Assembly (NCBI GenBank): GCA_024704765.1
Contig: JAKMXF010000324.1
Span: forward strand, 1 to 64,000
DNA: 64,000 bases
Direction of reading: 5' to 3'
Source: Oopsacas minuta
Lineage: Eukaryota > Animalia > Porifera
This document shows positions 21,809 through 34,708 of this stretch, one piece after another. The stretch's first letter is position 1; each line of letters opens with the position of its first letter. The position numbers were made by a program, and so were the translations under genes. The notes beneath the pieces were generated by a model. That model was not told the DNA's origin, searched no databases, and saw nothing but the letters and a program-made list of their open reading frames with translations.

Positions 21809-23800
21809 ATTGAGATATCGATTAAACATTAGAAAATATTCCTATATTTATCATATCCCACACAAGTGCTAAACTTCAAGTTTGTAGTTCTTACCAGTTC
21901 GTCAATCAATTATACTGTATACACAGAAAAATGAAAAACGCAAAGAAACTGATTTTCGCATATTCGATAAAATCAGCTGATATTGTTATATACATAAACA
22001 AATTAGAACTATTTTATCTTTATCAGCATATATAGGATATTCACAACATACTTTGAACTAATAGCGTAACCATTATCACAATGCTTTATGAACTGTTTAC
22101 GGTTGTGATATTTATGTTCATATAAACTGTCACAAATCCTAGAATATAATCATATATCAAAAAATAATTAATAAACTTGTTGGTCACCAACAAGATTGAA
22201 TTATTAATTCTTCCTGCTGCTATCCATGTACTGTATAACTTCGTCAGGGTTAGCATTGCGCATTTGCATTCCATTATATAACATATTTACAGTAATTATT
22301 GTGCTTCTCAGCAGTTCATTGAATAATGGAAGAGTAGGTTTAATTGACCATACATTTGAATGTTGCTCATTTACAAAATGGAACTAACTTCTTTTACAGA
22401 TACAAGGCTGGCTCTAGCACTAGGTGAGGTGGACCGAATTCGTTAGACGCCATATTTTTGAAATTTTCAGATCACCATTCGTCACGATACTCCACACAAA
22501 TTCAGCATAATTCCAATTAGTAGCTACGTTGCTATCCAATGCACATTTTCAAAAGTGCACCAAATTATCTATCTACTTAGCTCTAGGCGTTTTAACCCAT
22601 TTCATTCAGGTGTGTCTAAGATTATGAGTGATTGCAACTTTATCTTGTAAAGGTGGCAACATTAGATGGCGCTATTATGTTTGAAGTTTCTAATCTAATG
22701 AGTGAAAGTATATATCATTGCAATTGGTGATCAAACATGTTCCTTCATGGAGTTGTTCTCTTCTAACAATGAATATGAATATTTGGAGAATAATTCAATC
22801 AAATTGAAAATAACTTATAAGCAATATAACCATGGATACTAACCTGTATTAGAAGCTTCATTAAAGGTTGTTAACCATGAATAGATTGGTGTACGATGCC
22901 TAGAATTCAATTTGGTGAAATTTCTGTAGGCACAGTAATTTTATATTTTAATAATTATCCAAGGTTTATGGGTGTGATGTAATTATCATATAAGCTACAT
23001 AATGTACGAAGTTATTAGTGGTCTGTAACACAGCTATCTGAGACTGTAAATGACATGATACACGTTAATATTAAAATATCTTGCGCAGAGAACCTTGGTT
23101 CTAGCCTGCGAGTATTAAAATGTTAATGCCCTCAAAATTACTTTACACATAATTCATTACATTAGATCCCTCTCCTTTGTCACCCCCCAATCTGTGTGAA
23201 GTAACTTTTGAACAGCACTATTGTACAGAAAAGACATCTCAAATGATGCCCTATACTGACTTATTTTGAATAAATATTCACAGCGTATTATTGAAGAATA
23301 ATATTCTACTAAATAGCCCATTGTATTTTTTGCCAAGAACATTTCGAATACTAGGCCACTACAAGGCTGCGCGAGGGGGTGCCATGTGGGACACGTGCTC
23401 CATCTGTGACATAATTGTTCCTCACCAGTAGCGGCTGGATTGCTCCTCGACTGGGCCACTATACAATGTATGATCGTCACAGAAACATATATTCACATTG
23501 GACATAGCTATCGTGTCCCGTATAACGTAATACATCTTGTAACAATGATAGAAACTTTACAAGCCTTATAATTTAAAATTTCATTACTACTAATAAGGAA
23601 TATGTGTTGTAGCACTTCTAGAACACCTGTGACCATATCAAAATGAAATCATAATACAGTGTAACAATATTACTATGATTGAGTATTGCACAGAGCTGAT
23701 TCCATTAGAATAGCATTGTAATGTATTAGTATAAATACAGTGAAGTTGATGGATAAAATATCAAATAATCAATAACAAACAACAAACAAACACAACAAAA

Positions 23801-24451
23801 ATGCCTTCACTAATAACAAAATTACTGCCAAGGAAATCTATGAGAAGTAGCCTATACAGGAACTCGATTGGAGGAGACGGCGTCCAAATTGACCATTTGC
23901 ACTTCGTGGAAGATTTTAGGAAAGAATGTTTCCTCAAACAAATGGATTTAGAAAAAAATAGAATGCAAACAGATCTCAGAATGGATCAAATTCGCCGTGA
24001 GCTGTCACAATTGCACTGTCAAAGCCAGGAATTCCTGATTGACGTTGAAAGACTTGATAGAGACATAGAAAACGAACGTTCAAGGAGATTATACCATCAA
24101 ATGTACGCATCAAATGACCAACTCTACTCAAACGATTCAATTTGCAGTTCCAACCCAGAATTCTCAAGGAGTTACTCTAGTTCTCCTGAGAAATATGGTT
24201 CAGATTCTAACCTACCACGGCCTGTGACTTCATTCAGTGAAGGAAATAAAAGATCATCAATTGAGTCTGACTTTGAGAGTCCAGATGAAGAATTCAACGA
24301 TGAGTATACATTCAGGAGACAGATAAAATATCGGAGCGATAGACCAGGCCGAAGAATACACTGTAATTTAATGACAATGACTACTGTTCCACAGAACTCA
24401 TTTTCTGAACAAGTATTCGCAGCTGTCAGGGATACTATTACTACAATTTGA
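23801..24451 (+). CDS. Orphan coiled-coil + Ser-rich protein, 216 aa, paralogue A of 39417-40334
   Basis: Intact ATG ORF with protein-like composition in an otherwise stop-rich region; aligns by eye at both ends with the ORF at 39417. Confidence 0.75.
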   Translation: MPSLITKLLPRKSMRSSLYRNSIGGDGVQIDHLHFVEDFRKECFLKQMDLEKNRMQTDLRMDQIRRELSQLHCQSQEFLIDVERLDRDIENERSRRLYHQMYASNDQLYSNDSICSSNPEFSRSYSSSPEKYGSDSNLPRPVTSFSEGNKRSSIESDFESPDEEFNDEYTFRRQIKYRSDRPGRRIHCNLMTMTTVPQNSFSEQVFAAVRDTITTI

Positions 24452-25222
24452 ATGATAAATATCAGTTTGTATGATCACTTTAATGTATATGATATTTTAA
24501 TTAAAGTTTACTGCACGAGATAGTCATAAATGGGAATAGTGGCGACTTTAACCGAATACTGACAGGAAAAAGTGTGATTTTATGACGTCAAAGGGTGCTA
24601 AATTCTCGTTTATAGAAATTTTGAGGAGCTAAAAAATGTAATTTATCTTCAAAGTGGCACAATATTGTTTACCAATGCCACCTTGCTAATTGTTAAAACT
24701 TTTGACAAAATGCTGAATATGATGTTGCCTACAAAAGTGTTGGCGAGGGTAATTTTAGATATTCTACAAGAGCTATAAACCTTATAATCCTGGAATAGAC
24801 AACTTTTCTAATTTTGTTAAGCTAAGTGTAAATTATAATAAAGAAATAAAAATACAAAGCGACACGTGTGTGTATGGACTTTAAGCAACACCTGTAATTA
24901 CATGTTTACAACATTGAAAGTATTATATAACCTGATTATGTGGAGTTACATTAAAATGCATTATAGAGAGGGAAATTACTAAGAAAGCATACTTCAAAGT
25001 CGTTAATAGACTTGTGTACATGTTAAGGACATTGAAAGTGATACACCCTAAGAATTATTAACAGGAAATTATTATAGCTTAGCAAGCATAAAGCTGTTAT
25101 CAATGGAAAATGATTAAGAATTATTGAAGGAATCATTTATCGTGGAAACTTGGAATCTTGCATGTAGGTGAGATAGGATATGTCTAGTAATTTTACCGAA
25201 TATTTTACCAAAATCTCCACAC

Positions 25223-25270
25223 AGGGTTCAGATAAGGTGTTATCATATTGACCTATCATATTTGAGGGTT
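25223..25270. repeat. Dispersed hairpin repeat family D, copy 3 (reverse)
   Basis: Reverse complement aaccctcaaatatgataggtcaa...ccttatctgaaccct matches 21759-21808. Confidence 0.55.
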
Positions 25271-25321
25271 CACGTAATGTAAGCAGATATTCTATCGGTT
25301 AAATTGGTGGAATGAGTTATG

Positions 25322-25433
25322 TAGTGGTTTATGAACTTTTTAACACCTATTTTAGACTATAAAATGATCCTGTGGATCCCTTGCTGTGATTCGTGGACCA
25401 CCAAGTCCAAGGACTCCAGTTTGAAAACCACTG
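25322..25433. mobile_element. hAT (Charlie-like) MITE, family H, copy 2
   Basis: Ends tagtggtttatgaactttt / agtttgaaaaccactg (reverse complement CAGTGGTTTTCAAACT); shared core gtggatcccttgctgtgattcgtggaccaccaag. Confidence 0.7.
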
Positions 25434-27359
25434 GAATAATCAATTTATAGATGATTACACAGAATCTTCGTATCCAAATTCCTTTATATTTTCCATAAAA
25501 TATGAATGATTAATCGGAGAATAAATTCACAAATATTTGAGAGACATAATTCTGCGATTACAACATAGACTTGCTGAGAATACAAGATTTTATTGATAAT
25601 ATATTTTGTATTATTCAAGCTGATTAGCTAAGTTATTCGTATAACCAAAACTAACAACATTTTGGTATATCTTATAACAAACATGTAGCAGGGAAAATAG
25701 TGTTAGAATCATTATGAACAAATATCTAATCATTCATTTTGAATGAACGAATCATTCACAAAAGTTAGAGATTGGTAGAAAGAGTCGCGAATAATGAACG
25801 ATTAGAATTATTCCAAAATTAGCCAAAATTATGACTGATTTGACCCCCAAAAAGGATGTGAAACTTCCCAAGAATCTGTGATGTGTTTTATCTACTACGT
25901 TTATTAGACATAACTAATGTTGTGGTGCGTTGCTATGGATAATTGCCTAATCGCAACCACTCATAATTCTAATTAATTCGACAGCAACAATCTGGTCAAT
26001 AAATTACAAATTAATTACACCGTAACAAACACCTGAATCTGTTTGAGTTCAGCTGAAGTAACGGAAAATTGGATGAAATTCAGATATGTTAAACCACTTC
26101 CAATGAATTAGCAAATTTCTTAACATAGAAATTATATAAACTTGATAAATATGGTAAAATATAGTTTGAGTGCTCTTAATGATTTGGACTTTTTTTGTAA
26201 AAGATTTTCTAGAAATATGTAGAACAGTTGCGTAGACAGGTCGTGCGCAAGTTGCAAATTTGTGTTTAGCACCACACGCTCCAATTCCGCGACACCTCCT
26301 CACTCATGCGCTAGTAGTCTGCCAAGGTTGGTTACGTCACTGACGTAAAATCATTCCATCATGTACACATATAGAAAACTACACCCAAATATTGATACTA
26401 TAATTTAACTAAGATATGCAAACTTTGGATACTTTTAAACTCTGTAGAAGTTGAGATGAATTTCAATTTCTAAAACGGACATACTAGGTCAAATAATGAA
26501 TTATTATTATGAGTTAGAGAAAATGCACAAATTCCTTAATTCATTATAATGATATGTAAAGTTTAAGGTATACATTACATCACAGTAGTTAGGTTGTTTT
26601 CAAGTTGATAGATCCTGGCAGTAGTAGAAATTAGAACTTATTGGAATGTTTAGATTATCATACACTAGTTCAATAATTCCTGCAGGAAATTACTTTGAAA
26701 TTTCAAATCGACTTTGATTCAGATTCAAAAGGGAACGAAAAAGTTTGCGTGCTGTTTCAAAGAATTCTAGAATATTTTAATTCAACCAAATGTACTGATT
26801 CATTGCTTCGTTCATGAACAATATAGTTTTGTCACGTGTAAATTTCCATATTATTGAAGTAGATATTTATGCAAATATGCCACAAAATCTGTGTTCATGA
26901 AGTAGGCGAAGTATATGGTGAACTCAGATAGCACTGCTCTATCTGCTACGATGTTTTTTACCGCAAAAAAATAGCAAATTTGTCCTAATTATGGTAATTA
27001 GGTAAAATGAAATGTTAGCTCAAAGTGCTATTCTTGAATATGATTAATCCCTTGAAGGTCAAATTGGTACTGAAATCATTATGGTGTCATATTGGGATGG
27101 GCCGTATATTAGCCAATTTGAATACAGAGTTTAATATTGGTACAACACTACAAATTGAATGGTTGTTTGTTTTCGATGAATACTTTAATGAACTCACAGA
27201 GAATATGAATTATTCACCACAAATTTGGTTAATAATCTGTGTAACTTTGTTATTAACTTTACCGTGAAGTAATCAAAAAATCGCAGAGTTCTAATTATGC
27301 TAAACCCTAGACAAAACGAGATACAAATTGATATTGGATTCTAGTAACACTATCTTCAA

Positions 27360-27917
27360 CATATAACCAGCTAACCAGCTCCCTTTTCCAGCCAGGTGTT
27401 TATATTGGCGGGTACCAAAAACTGCCATTTTAGCAGCCATAGAGGCCCCAAATTCCGATCTTGATACCTTAATAAGTAGAGGATCAATGTGTTACGGTAC
27501 AACGAAGTATCATCAAGGAGAGTCCCAGCAAGAGAAAGAGCAGGCTCAGAAATTCCTTGATAAACACTTGTATTTCCAGCATCAATTCTGCTGATATATC
27601 AATAGTTCATTTATTACATAGAAGGTACTGTTGAAACCTTAGCATGGGGTTAGATATGATATAATTGTGGCAAAAGTTGATGTAATTGGTTACAAGTCAG
27701 GAATAGATTGAATAGAAATTCTGGAGAATATCATACCAATAAGATTACATTCAATTATAATATCGTCAATGCAATACTTTGAGAGTTCATATACAATAGA
27801 GGCATCACAATAAGGGAAAGAATCATAAATACGACACGTTTGTATATGATTAACTTCCAAATATGTGAATACAGTGTTCTGCCAAAGAATGGTCTCCTTT
27901 GGTTCTAATTTGTACAT
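27360..27917 (-). mobile_element. Decayed non-LTR retrotransposon (LINE) reverse-transcriptase fragment
   Basis: Minus frame reads ...TSVYQGI...LLDDTSLYRN...YQDRNLGPLWLLKWQF, matching LINE RT GVPQG...FADDTxLY...LQxDLxxLxxWxxxW. Frameshifts and an apparent deletion. Confidence 0.45.
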
Positions 27918-30900
27918 TATATGACACTTATTATAGTTACAGTTCGACCAAGTAAAGCCCTATTTAATGACCTTATAGGAACTTGGGATTATTAAGGGGG
28001 ATTCTTTTGTTTGATGCTAATAAGTCACATACAGTCCATTATGTCATTTCAATCAAAGACGTCATAGCGAATTACGGAAGTCTTTTATCATCTCTATACT
28101 ATAGTATAAGACCTGGGACTTGTCAAAAGGTGAGAGCGAAAAGCAAAAGATATTAATTGACATGATGTAAAATAGCATTATTAGTTGGAGGCACTAACAC
28201 TGCGTACAATTATACGAATGGAATCAGTTCCCTCGCAATTTTTCAGGAAACCCAAAACCAATTAAAAATGGATTCTCACAGAAAATCTGTTAATTTCCTT
28301 GATTTAATTATCATAAATTAATAATCCATTCCGCACAATAATTCAACAGTCTAATACACAGTGTAGTATATGATCTAATACAATTACCCCTCATTTTATG
28401 CCAGCATAATCCAATGACCATAAATGTGCATGCATTCAACCGTTCTAGGAAATATCGAATCTTACAAACATATATATTAGTTTTGTTGTTCTAATGGTAT
28501 TGAACAGGTCTAGGGAATGGATTATCTACGGGCTTCCATGTACCTTCACTTTTCTTATTTTAGTCTAACGAATCCTTGTAATGTGTATATTAAAGGTTAA
28601 TCAATTTACAGATTGTAATCTTGTAATAAACTGATATAATCCTTTTAGGATTTTGTGAAGACTTTGAATGTTCTTTGTAGTTATATTTGATATTTTTGAA
28701 TAGGGTGTTTGTGTCAAAAGTTCTTTATGGATACACATTTGTACAATGGAATGTTCTAATGATAATATCATTTTCATGGGATCATTTATAAATATTTTGG
28801 TGGGGAAAAGTTGATTAAATTCTCAGCCAATCAGATACAATCGTTGACACAAAAATCAACAATTCTCGAAAATTTGTAAATGTGATTAATCCCAAACACC
28901 TATTTCCATGATATTACCTATAATAGTAATTATTGCATACCTACGTTAGCAGTATAGAATAATTGCAACCGAGTGAATACGTATAGCAATTAGTAATATG
29001 ATGATACATTCCAGGTGTCGTCTGGTTGCTAGGTAATAGCAGCTGGTAAGTAATGATCAATTACCACATATAGGCAATAATATTCTGGAATATTTTTCCA
29101 ATATCACGAGTATTTTAATTGTCACTATTAGTCAGGAAAAGTTATGTTATGAGAAATTGTATGTGTATTCCTAAAATAGAAAATAATATATTTGAAATAG
29201 TTTATTTCCTACTACATATGATTAACAATTATCTACCAAACTGCTCCACATAACTTACAACCAATATTGTTACTAAGAAATAACATGAGGTTGATTAATC
29301 CAGCTGTTTTGTAGATAATATGAAATCGATCTTTCAAAATCAGTTACGGAATACTATCTAGTCGATACAAGAATTATCACGAATACACGAAAGAACAGAA
29401 ATTGACTGCCAAATGCGTTAATGCATTTCAAAGTAACTCCGAACCCTCTACTTGATGGATTATTGAAATTATTATATGTTATGAAGGCCGTTGTGATTCA
29501 AGCAATTCTTTGCCATTCAATTAGCTCAGCAATTAGTGTACAAATTTATCGCATAAAAACGAACTCAAATATCAGCAAGTTTTGATAAAAATACCTGACC
29601 TGGAAATATACTGTGATAATTGATGTATTGTTCTAAGAGAGTTTATTATGATGGAATATATTCGAAATAATTGGCTTCTTTCATTCTGGCGAGCGGTTGT
29701 GATGATGAAGTTTTTCGGCGCGTATAATATAGAAAATGTGCCATATAACTGTTTAGGCGTGTTGTCGCGGGTAAAATGATCCTAGGCGCCAAAGAGATTC
29801 CTGAATGAAACTACTGTAATACTCTTATACTTTTGAAGTGTTAACTTGGCTACAATTAAGATCTGAAACAAAGAATTGAAAGCAACATATTTCCATCTTA
29901 ACAACTTTCTACCAATAACATATCCAACTACTTCTCCATAGCAACTGAAATTGCATAAGTTATGCAAAAGTAATCGATTTTATATCCATAATCCAAAATT
30001 TGAACTATTATGATCTACATATCACAGTCATTACTCTGATTACAGTCTGTATCATACAATACAATAGTATTCACCTATGTACTCCATTGAAAATCACTTA
30101 CTGTCTTTACATGACTCTAACACTAACAACACAAGAGTACTTACTACATCCTTATAATGTATAGATGTGACTTATCGAACTTATTAACTTTCTTATTCTA
30201 ATTACGAAATGAAAATTAATAGTGACTACTGAGGAACATATGTGTCCAAGCTGGGCTGGATACACGTATACATAGATATTCACAATTTTCTTACAGTAGC
30301 CTCCAGTTTGAAATTCATGAAATATTTGTTTAAAATGTGATATAAGTAAATAGGCACATTTCTGACCCGATTTCCTGTATGTGAAAATTTGTAATTATTG
30401 AAATTCTATTGTAATTCTAAAGGAAAAATATTCGAATTGATTTAGTGCAAAGTTCCATGTAATAAAGTACAATTTGTATAGATTTATATAAATGCAAACA
30501 CGCTGTATTCTAACAAACTTTTGAACTTATTTCAATCAAAAAACTAATTTTGATTGCAGAATCCATAAAATAACAAATTGCCTTATAAGCCAATCAGGAT
30601 TATCATTATACATAATTATTCCGCAATAGCACTTTACAAGTGGAAATATTTAAGATAATTAATAACTGATCATGAATGGTGATAAGACATTGTAGAGGCA
30701 CTTAGCACTGTTTTAGAATACAATACACTAGTTTGGAGAAATAGCATCGAAGCCAGCACAATAATGATATTGTTAAGTGAACCCTTGTGCACCTTGGACA
30801 ATCAACAGGAGAGTGAAAATATAGAAATATGTTACTTCAGGAATGTGCTTACATTATCATAGACGTGTGGAAGCTTAAAGATTCTTAATTAGAATTTCTT

Positions 30901-31013
30901 ACATTAATTAAGTATATACGATTTCCTCGTATAATTATGAGTATTAACTACTGTTATGTTTTAGCAGACAGAATTAGTATTGGCATGATTAACAGACATT
31001 TTGCATTCAACTA

Positions 31014-31165
31014 CAGTCATCTTCCGTTAAATTGAAGCTCAAGGGACCGTGATAATTCCTTAGATATAACTGATGGGATATGTGTTACTTTGACTGTTTA
31101 TGACCATATTTGTACGAATTGAGACTTCGATACAGCGGATATTTCTATATAACTGGAGCTAACAG
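31014..31165. mobile_element. pogo/Tc1-like MITE, family A, copy 2 (reverse orientation)
   Basis: TA|cagtcatcttccgttaaattgaagctcaaggga...gttactttgactgtttatgaccatatttgtac...ggagctaacag|TA is the reverse of the family A core. Confidence 0.7.
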
Positions 31166-32235
31166 TAGACAACTAAAATATTTGAAATCAAATAATATCG
31201 GACTAACTATCAGCAAGCTATAATCTTATTATCTCAACCTCAACTGGCAGAACTTATAGTTTCTCAATGGTTACACATATACGTACGTCAGCTATTGTTG
31301 TGTATTCCAATTAATAATTATGAAGTAACAATGTAATCACTTGCTGCTTTAACCCCAAATTTGTTTCAGCAGCTTTAAAGAGCAAATTATCATTAACCAA
31401 ATATTCAGGAAGGAATCTAAGCACATAAAGAATTCAGAAAATATGAGTAATTGATTATACACAAAATGAAACTTGTATGAAGAAAGTTGTCTGATTTGAT
31501 ACAAGCTATTATTCGGGCCACAAAAAGAGCAAAATTTATATTTTGGTTGGACAAATACTCAACTTATGCTCGAAACAGCTGAGAGCTGTTGTTAAGTAAA
31601 ATTGGCGAATTACATCCAAAATTTACTCACAGTGCAATTTCTTAGCAACCAAACTGCACAAAACTATTTTACGAATACCCTCCATTAACCTATCAGCATG
31701 TTCAAACGCCACTCACTCATCTAAGAATGTAGCAAATACGTAACTTATAATTCAGTTCATTATCTTTCCTCTAATAAAATAGAAGTAGAATACCAGAAGG
31801 CTGTTGTACCGTAGACTATTCAATACAATTATGGTTTCATTTGTAACTCAATTATCAATAAATACCTCATAATTAATCATGTGTGTATTGATTAAATATT
31901 GATTGTATGATGGTTATATTGATTTGTGAATTCCGCTGATAAATATCTGTAAACAATGAAATTCTGGGAAGATTGGAAGATAGCTTATTGAGAACATAAA
32001 AGGTGTTAGAATTATTCATAGGACATATTGGGATGATTTGATAATGTTTCTATTTATACAAATATTTACAGTGGATAATAATAATCAGGATAATTCAATT
32101 TGGAATTAAAACTCAGTCAACTACGTGATTAGCTTGAATTATACTATGAACACGGACATACCAATCGTTCACATATGTAACTATGGATTACGTATTCATT
32201 AGATATATTCACTATCTTGTAATCAACAAATTCCC

Positions 32236-32384
32236 ATCTGTGCCGACAGCTTAGATTAACGTAAAGTAGCACTATGAATTCTAGGCACTAAATGTTTGTC
32301 GTTAAATTTTCCGTTTATAGTGCCTCCAATTAATAGTGTTACTATAAAGAAATTCCATCTATACATTACGCCGTCCACACAGAT
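32236..32384. mobile_element. MITE family C, second copy
   Basis: Imperfect TIRs atctgtgccgacagc / gccgtccacacagat; internal atagtgcctccaatt is shared with 4744-4844. Confidence 0.6.
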
Positions 32385-32541
32385 TACAATTTTATATATT
32401 TCACTCGGATAAACATTCATAAACTAACTAATAATGTAAACAAGCTTACCCCCCAATAGACATTTCTCAAACATGATATTCAATTTGTAAATATCCAAAC
32501 ACACTATACTATAGTTAACAAACAAGCAAACAACACAACAG

Positions 32542-33201
32542 CTAGGATTTGGTTTCAATCAACTCTTCACTATTAATAACAGGAAGTGTGGGTAGTTCCT
32601 CTTGGGGAGGCGCCATCAACAGAGGATCATTAACTATAACAATCTCCCTCTTCTGCTTTTTCGAACCAGGACCATACGCAAGCATTGGCGGTACCCAATT
32701 TTCTGAATAAATTCCTCCAATGAAATAAAACATAGCCGAAATCAGTAAAGTCATTCCTCCAATGTTTGTTGATAGTATGAAGAAACATGGAATGCTGAAT
32801 ATCATGTAGAACATAGATCTTAAGAACAGATTACGTGTTAGGAAACGGAAAAAATACGGAATTGGAGCGATGTACTCTTGAAAGAGTCTCGTTTCAATGT
32901 TCCCGGTCCTCTTTTTACCTCTAGGGTACTCAATAAGTATGACTAGCAGTGAGAATGGGATCAATAGGTACCTTGTATAGAGGCCATAAGCTGTTGGGGG
33001 AATGGCTCTTAAATTCAAAGAGGCAGCGATCAAGGAACCCCCGAGAATAATCCAGCCTGACCAGTAAGCCTGTTGATTCGCCCAAATTGAGTAAACAACT
33101 CTACTTGTAGGGGGGCAAGCGCAGAAGAATTTGGTGCAATCGCCACATTGGTTCGTGCATGGTTCTGGACAACCACCACATTTTATTTCTTTGTCCTCCA
33201 T
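32542..33201 (-). CDS. CYBA: Cytochrome b-245 light chain (p22phox), 219 aa, intronless, with Cys-rich N-terminal extension
   Basis: IWANQQAYWSG...ILIEYPRGKKRTG...FLTRNLFLRS...SENWVP matches p22phox (MWANEQALASG, LLEYPRGKR, FTRNYYVR, EQWTP). First ATG at 33201. Confidence 0.9.
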   Translation of the reverse strand: MEDKEIKCGGCPEPCTNQCGDCTKFFCACPPTSRVVYSIWANQQAYWSGWIILGGSLIAASLNLRAIPPTAYGLYTRYLLIPFSLLVILIEYPRGKKRTGNIETRLFQEYIAPIPYFFRFLTRNLFLRSMFYMIFSIPCFFILSTNIGGMTLLISAMFYFIGGIYSENWVPPMLAYGPGSKKQKREIVIVNDPLLMAPPQEELPTLPVINSEELIETKS

Positions 33202-33496
33202 TGCTATCAATGAATATGAATGTTTCAGCTAGTTAGTTAATATAGAACAGCCTCAAGGCATACTCAATCACTATCATATTACTGATGTATAATAGTTGAT
33301 AAATTCACGGAAAATACACAATTCTGCAAACGAACTTAATTCAAATATTATTTTGTTAGTTTAATATTCCTGTGATTCTAATGTGCAATACTTATGCAAT
33401 ATCATAAATAGCTTACGAAGTTATGCGTTGGAGGACACGTGCACACCCATTTGTTTTAAGTATTTTTAAAGTTTATGACTGTTTTATACTTGCATA

Positions 33497-33574
33497 CAGG
33501 CCAACTGTCCCGATTTGGGCGGGAAGTCTCACCTTTTGGAATTAGTTGAAGCCAATCTCCTGCAAAACTGGTCA
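33497..33574. mobile_element. hAT/Tip100-like MITE remnant (family E)
   Basis: ggccaactgtcccg...aaaactggtca is the reverse of the ends of the element at 49152-49392 (gggtgacca...gggacagttgg). Confidence 0.45.
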
Positions 33575-34708
33575 AACACCTTGAATATAACGATTAATGC
33601 AGGTTAGTCTAATGAAATTATGCTACGTCTCGCTATGTCCAGCTCAATATGTATTCTATCCCGATTGTTATTCAGACAGGTTGGTAAGTATAGAGAAAGA
33701 ATGACATTTCAAAACCTTTGAACAAGTTTCTGTGAAGCATAACACAAGGAAATATCCAAAATCAGGAGAAAGTACACACACACTAGTTAGTTATTATAGA
33801 AGTGAATGTATAGCTATACTATAGAGTTATAGCATAATTCTAATTGAGTATATGAGCAGATTACGGATGGATATTCACACTATATTTAGTAATTTCTCAG
33901 TAATAGGATAGCTAAATACTGAAATAAACCCATAATATATATAAAATGAGGACATAGCTAGGAGTTGATTGCATTTGTAGTATAAATTGATTATTTGATT
34001 ATAACGCGAGAAATACACAACTCTCATTCAAACCAACAACAACAACAAACACCCCCCTAGTTATTTGTGTTATTTATCCTATTTGGTAAGTATCACTTAA
34101 TTGATTCATTATTTTGTGTTTGTAAGTAATTTTGTCCTTTAACATTGGTATTCTGCAAATAGCTTCAATTATATTACACAAGAGTTAGGTTAATAAATCC
34201 ATCGTGGTTAATCTGTTCAACTACAGAGCCATACAAATAGTGATAAATTCCTCAAGTTAATCGGCCCAACAACTTTATTCCGCTTAATCGGGTCAAAATG
34301 GTTCTGGTTCCGATGTGATGGTGTTTACTGTATCAAAGTAGCTTTAGCGGTCTACTATTTGCATTGGGAATACTACTCATCTTTTGTCCTTGTGTTATCA
34401 TAATATTATAATTACTTGGAGCCTGCACAGGTTCGAACTTTGGATACAGTTTATGTGCGCTTCCCTTACGTATATTCTCCACAAATGTTGCCCTCAATCA
34501 ATATTAGGATAATCTAATTAGCATAGTTTATCAAAGGCTACTATTAGTACGATAGAATAGTGCCACTGTAAAGCTGTAGGCAACAAACGTATTTCATATA
34601 ACATTATTACAGGATACAGGTTGTAACTTTGCTGCAATCAACTTCAACAAAGTAACATCCTGTATATTACACTAGCATTACATTCAATTTCTGTATATTG
34701 TTATAGTT

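Noticed and set aside
20113-23480. Isolated 60-107 aa ORFs in the intergenic block (20113, 22086, 23157)
   Set aside because: Non-ATG starts or AT-biased random composition; no motifs and no consistent splice structure.
34417-34470. tRNA gene on the minus strand (GTTCGAACC, ends in CCA-like)
   Set aside because: T-stem and acceptor stem do not pair; at most a decayed tRNA-derived SINE.
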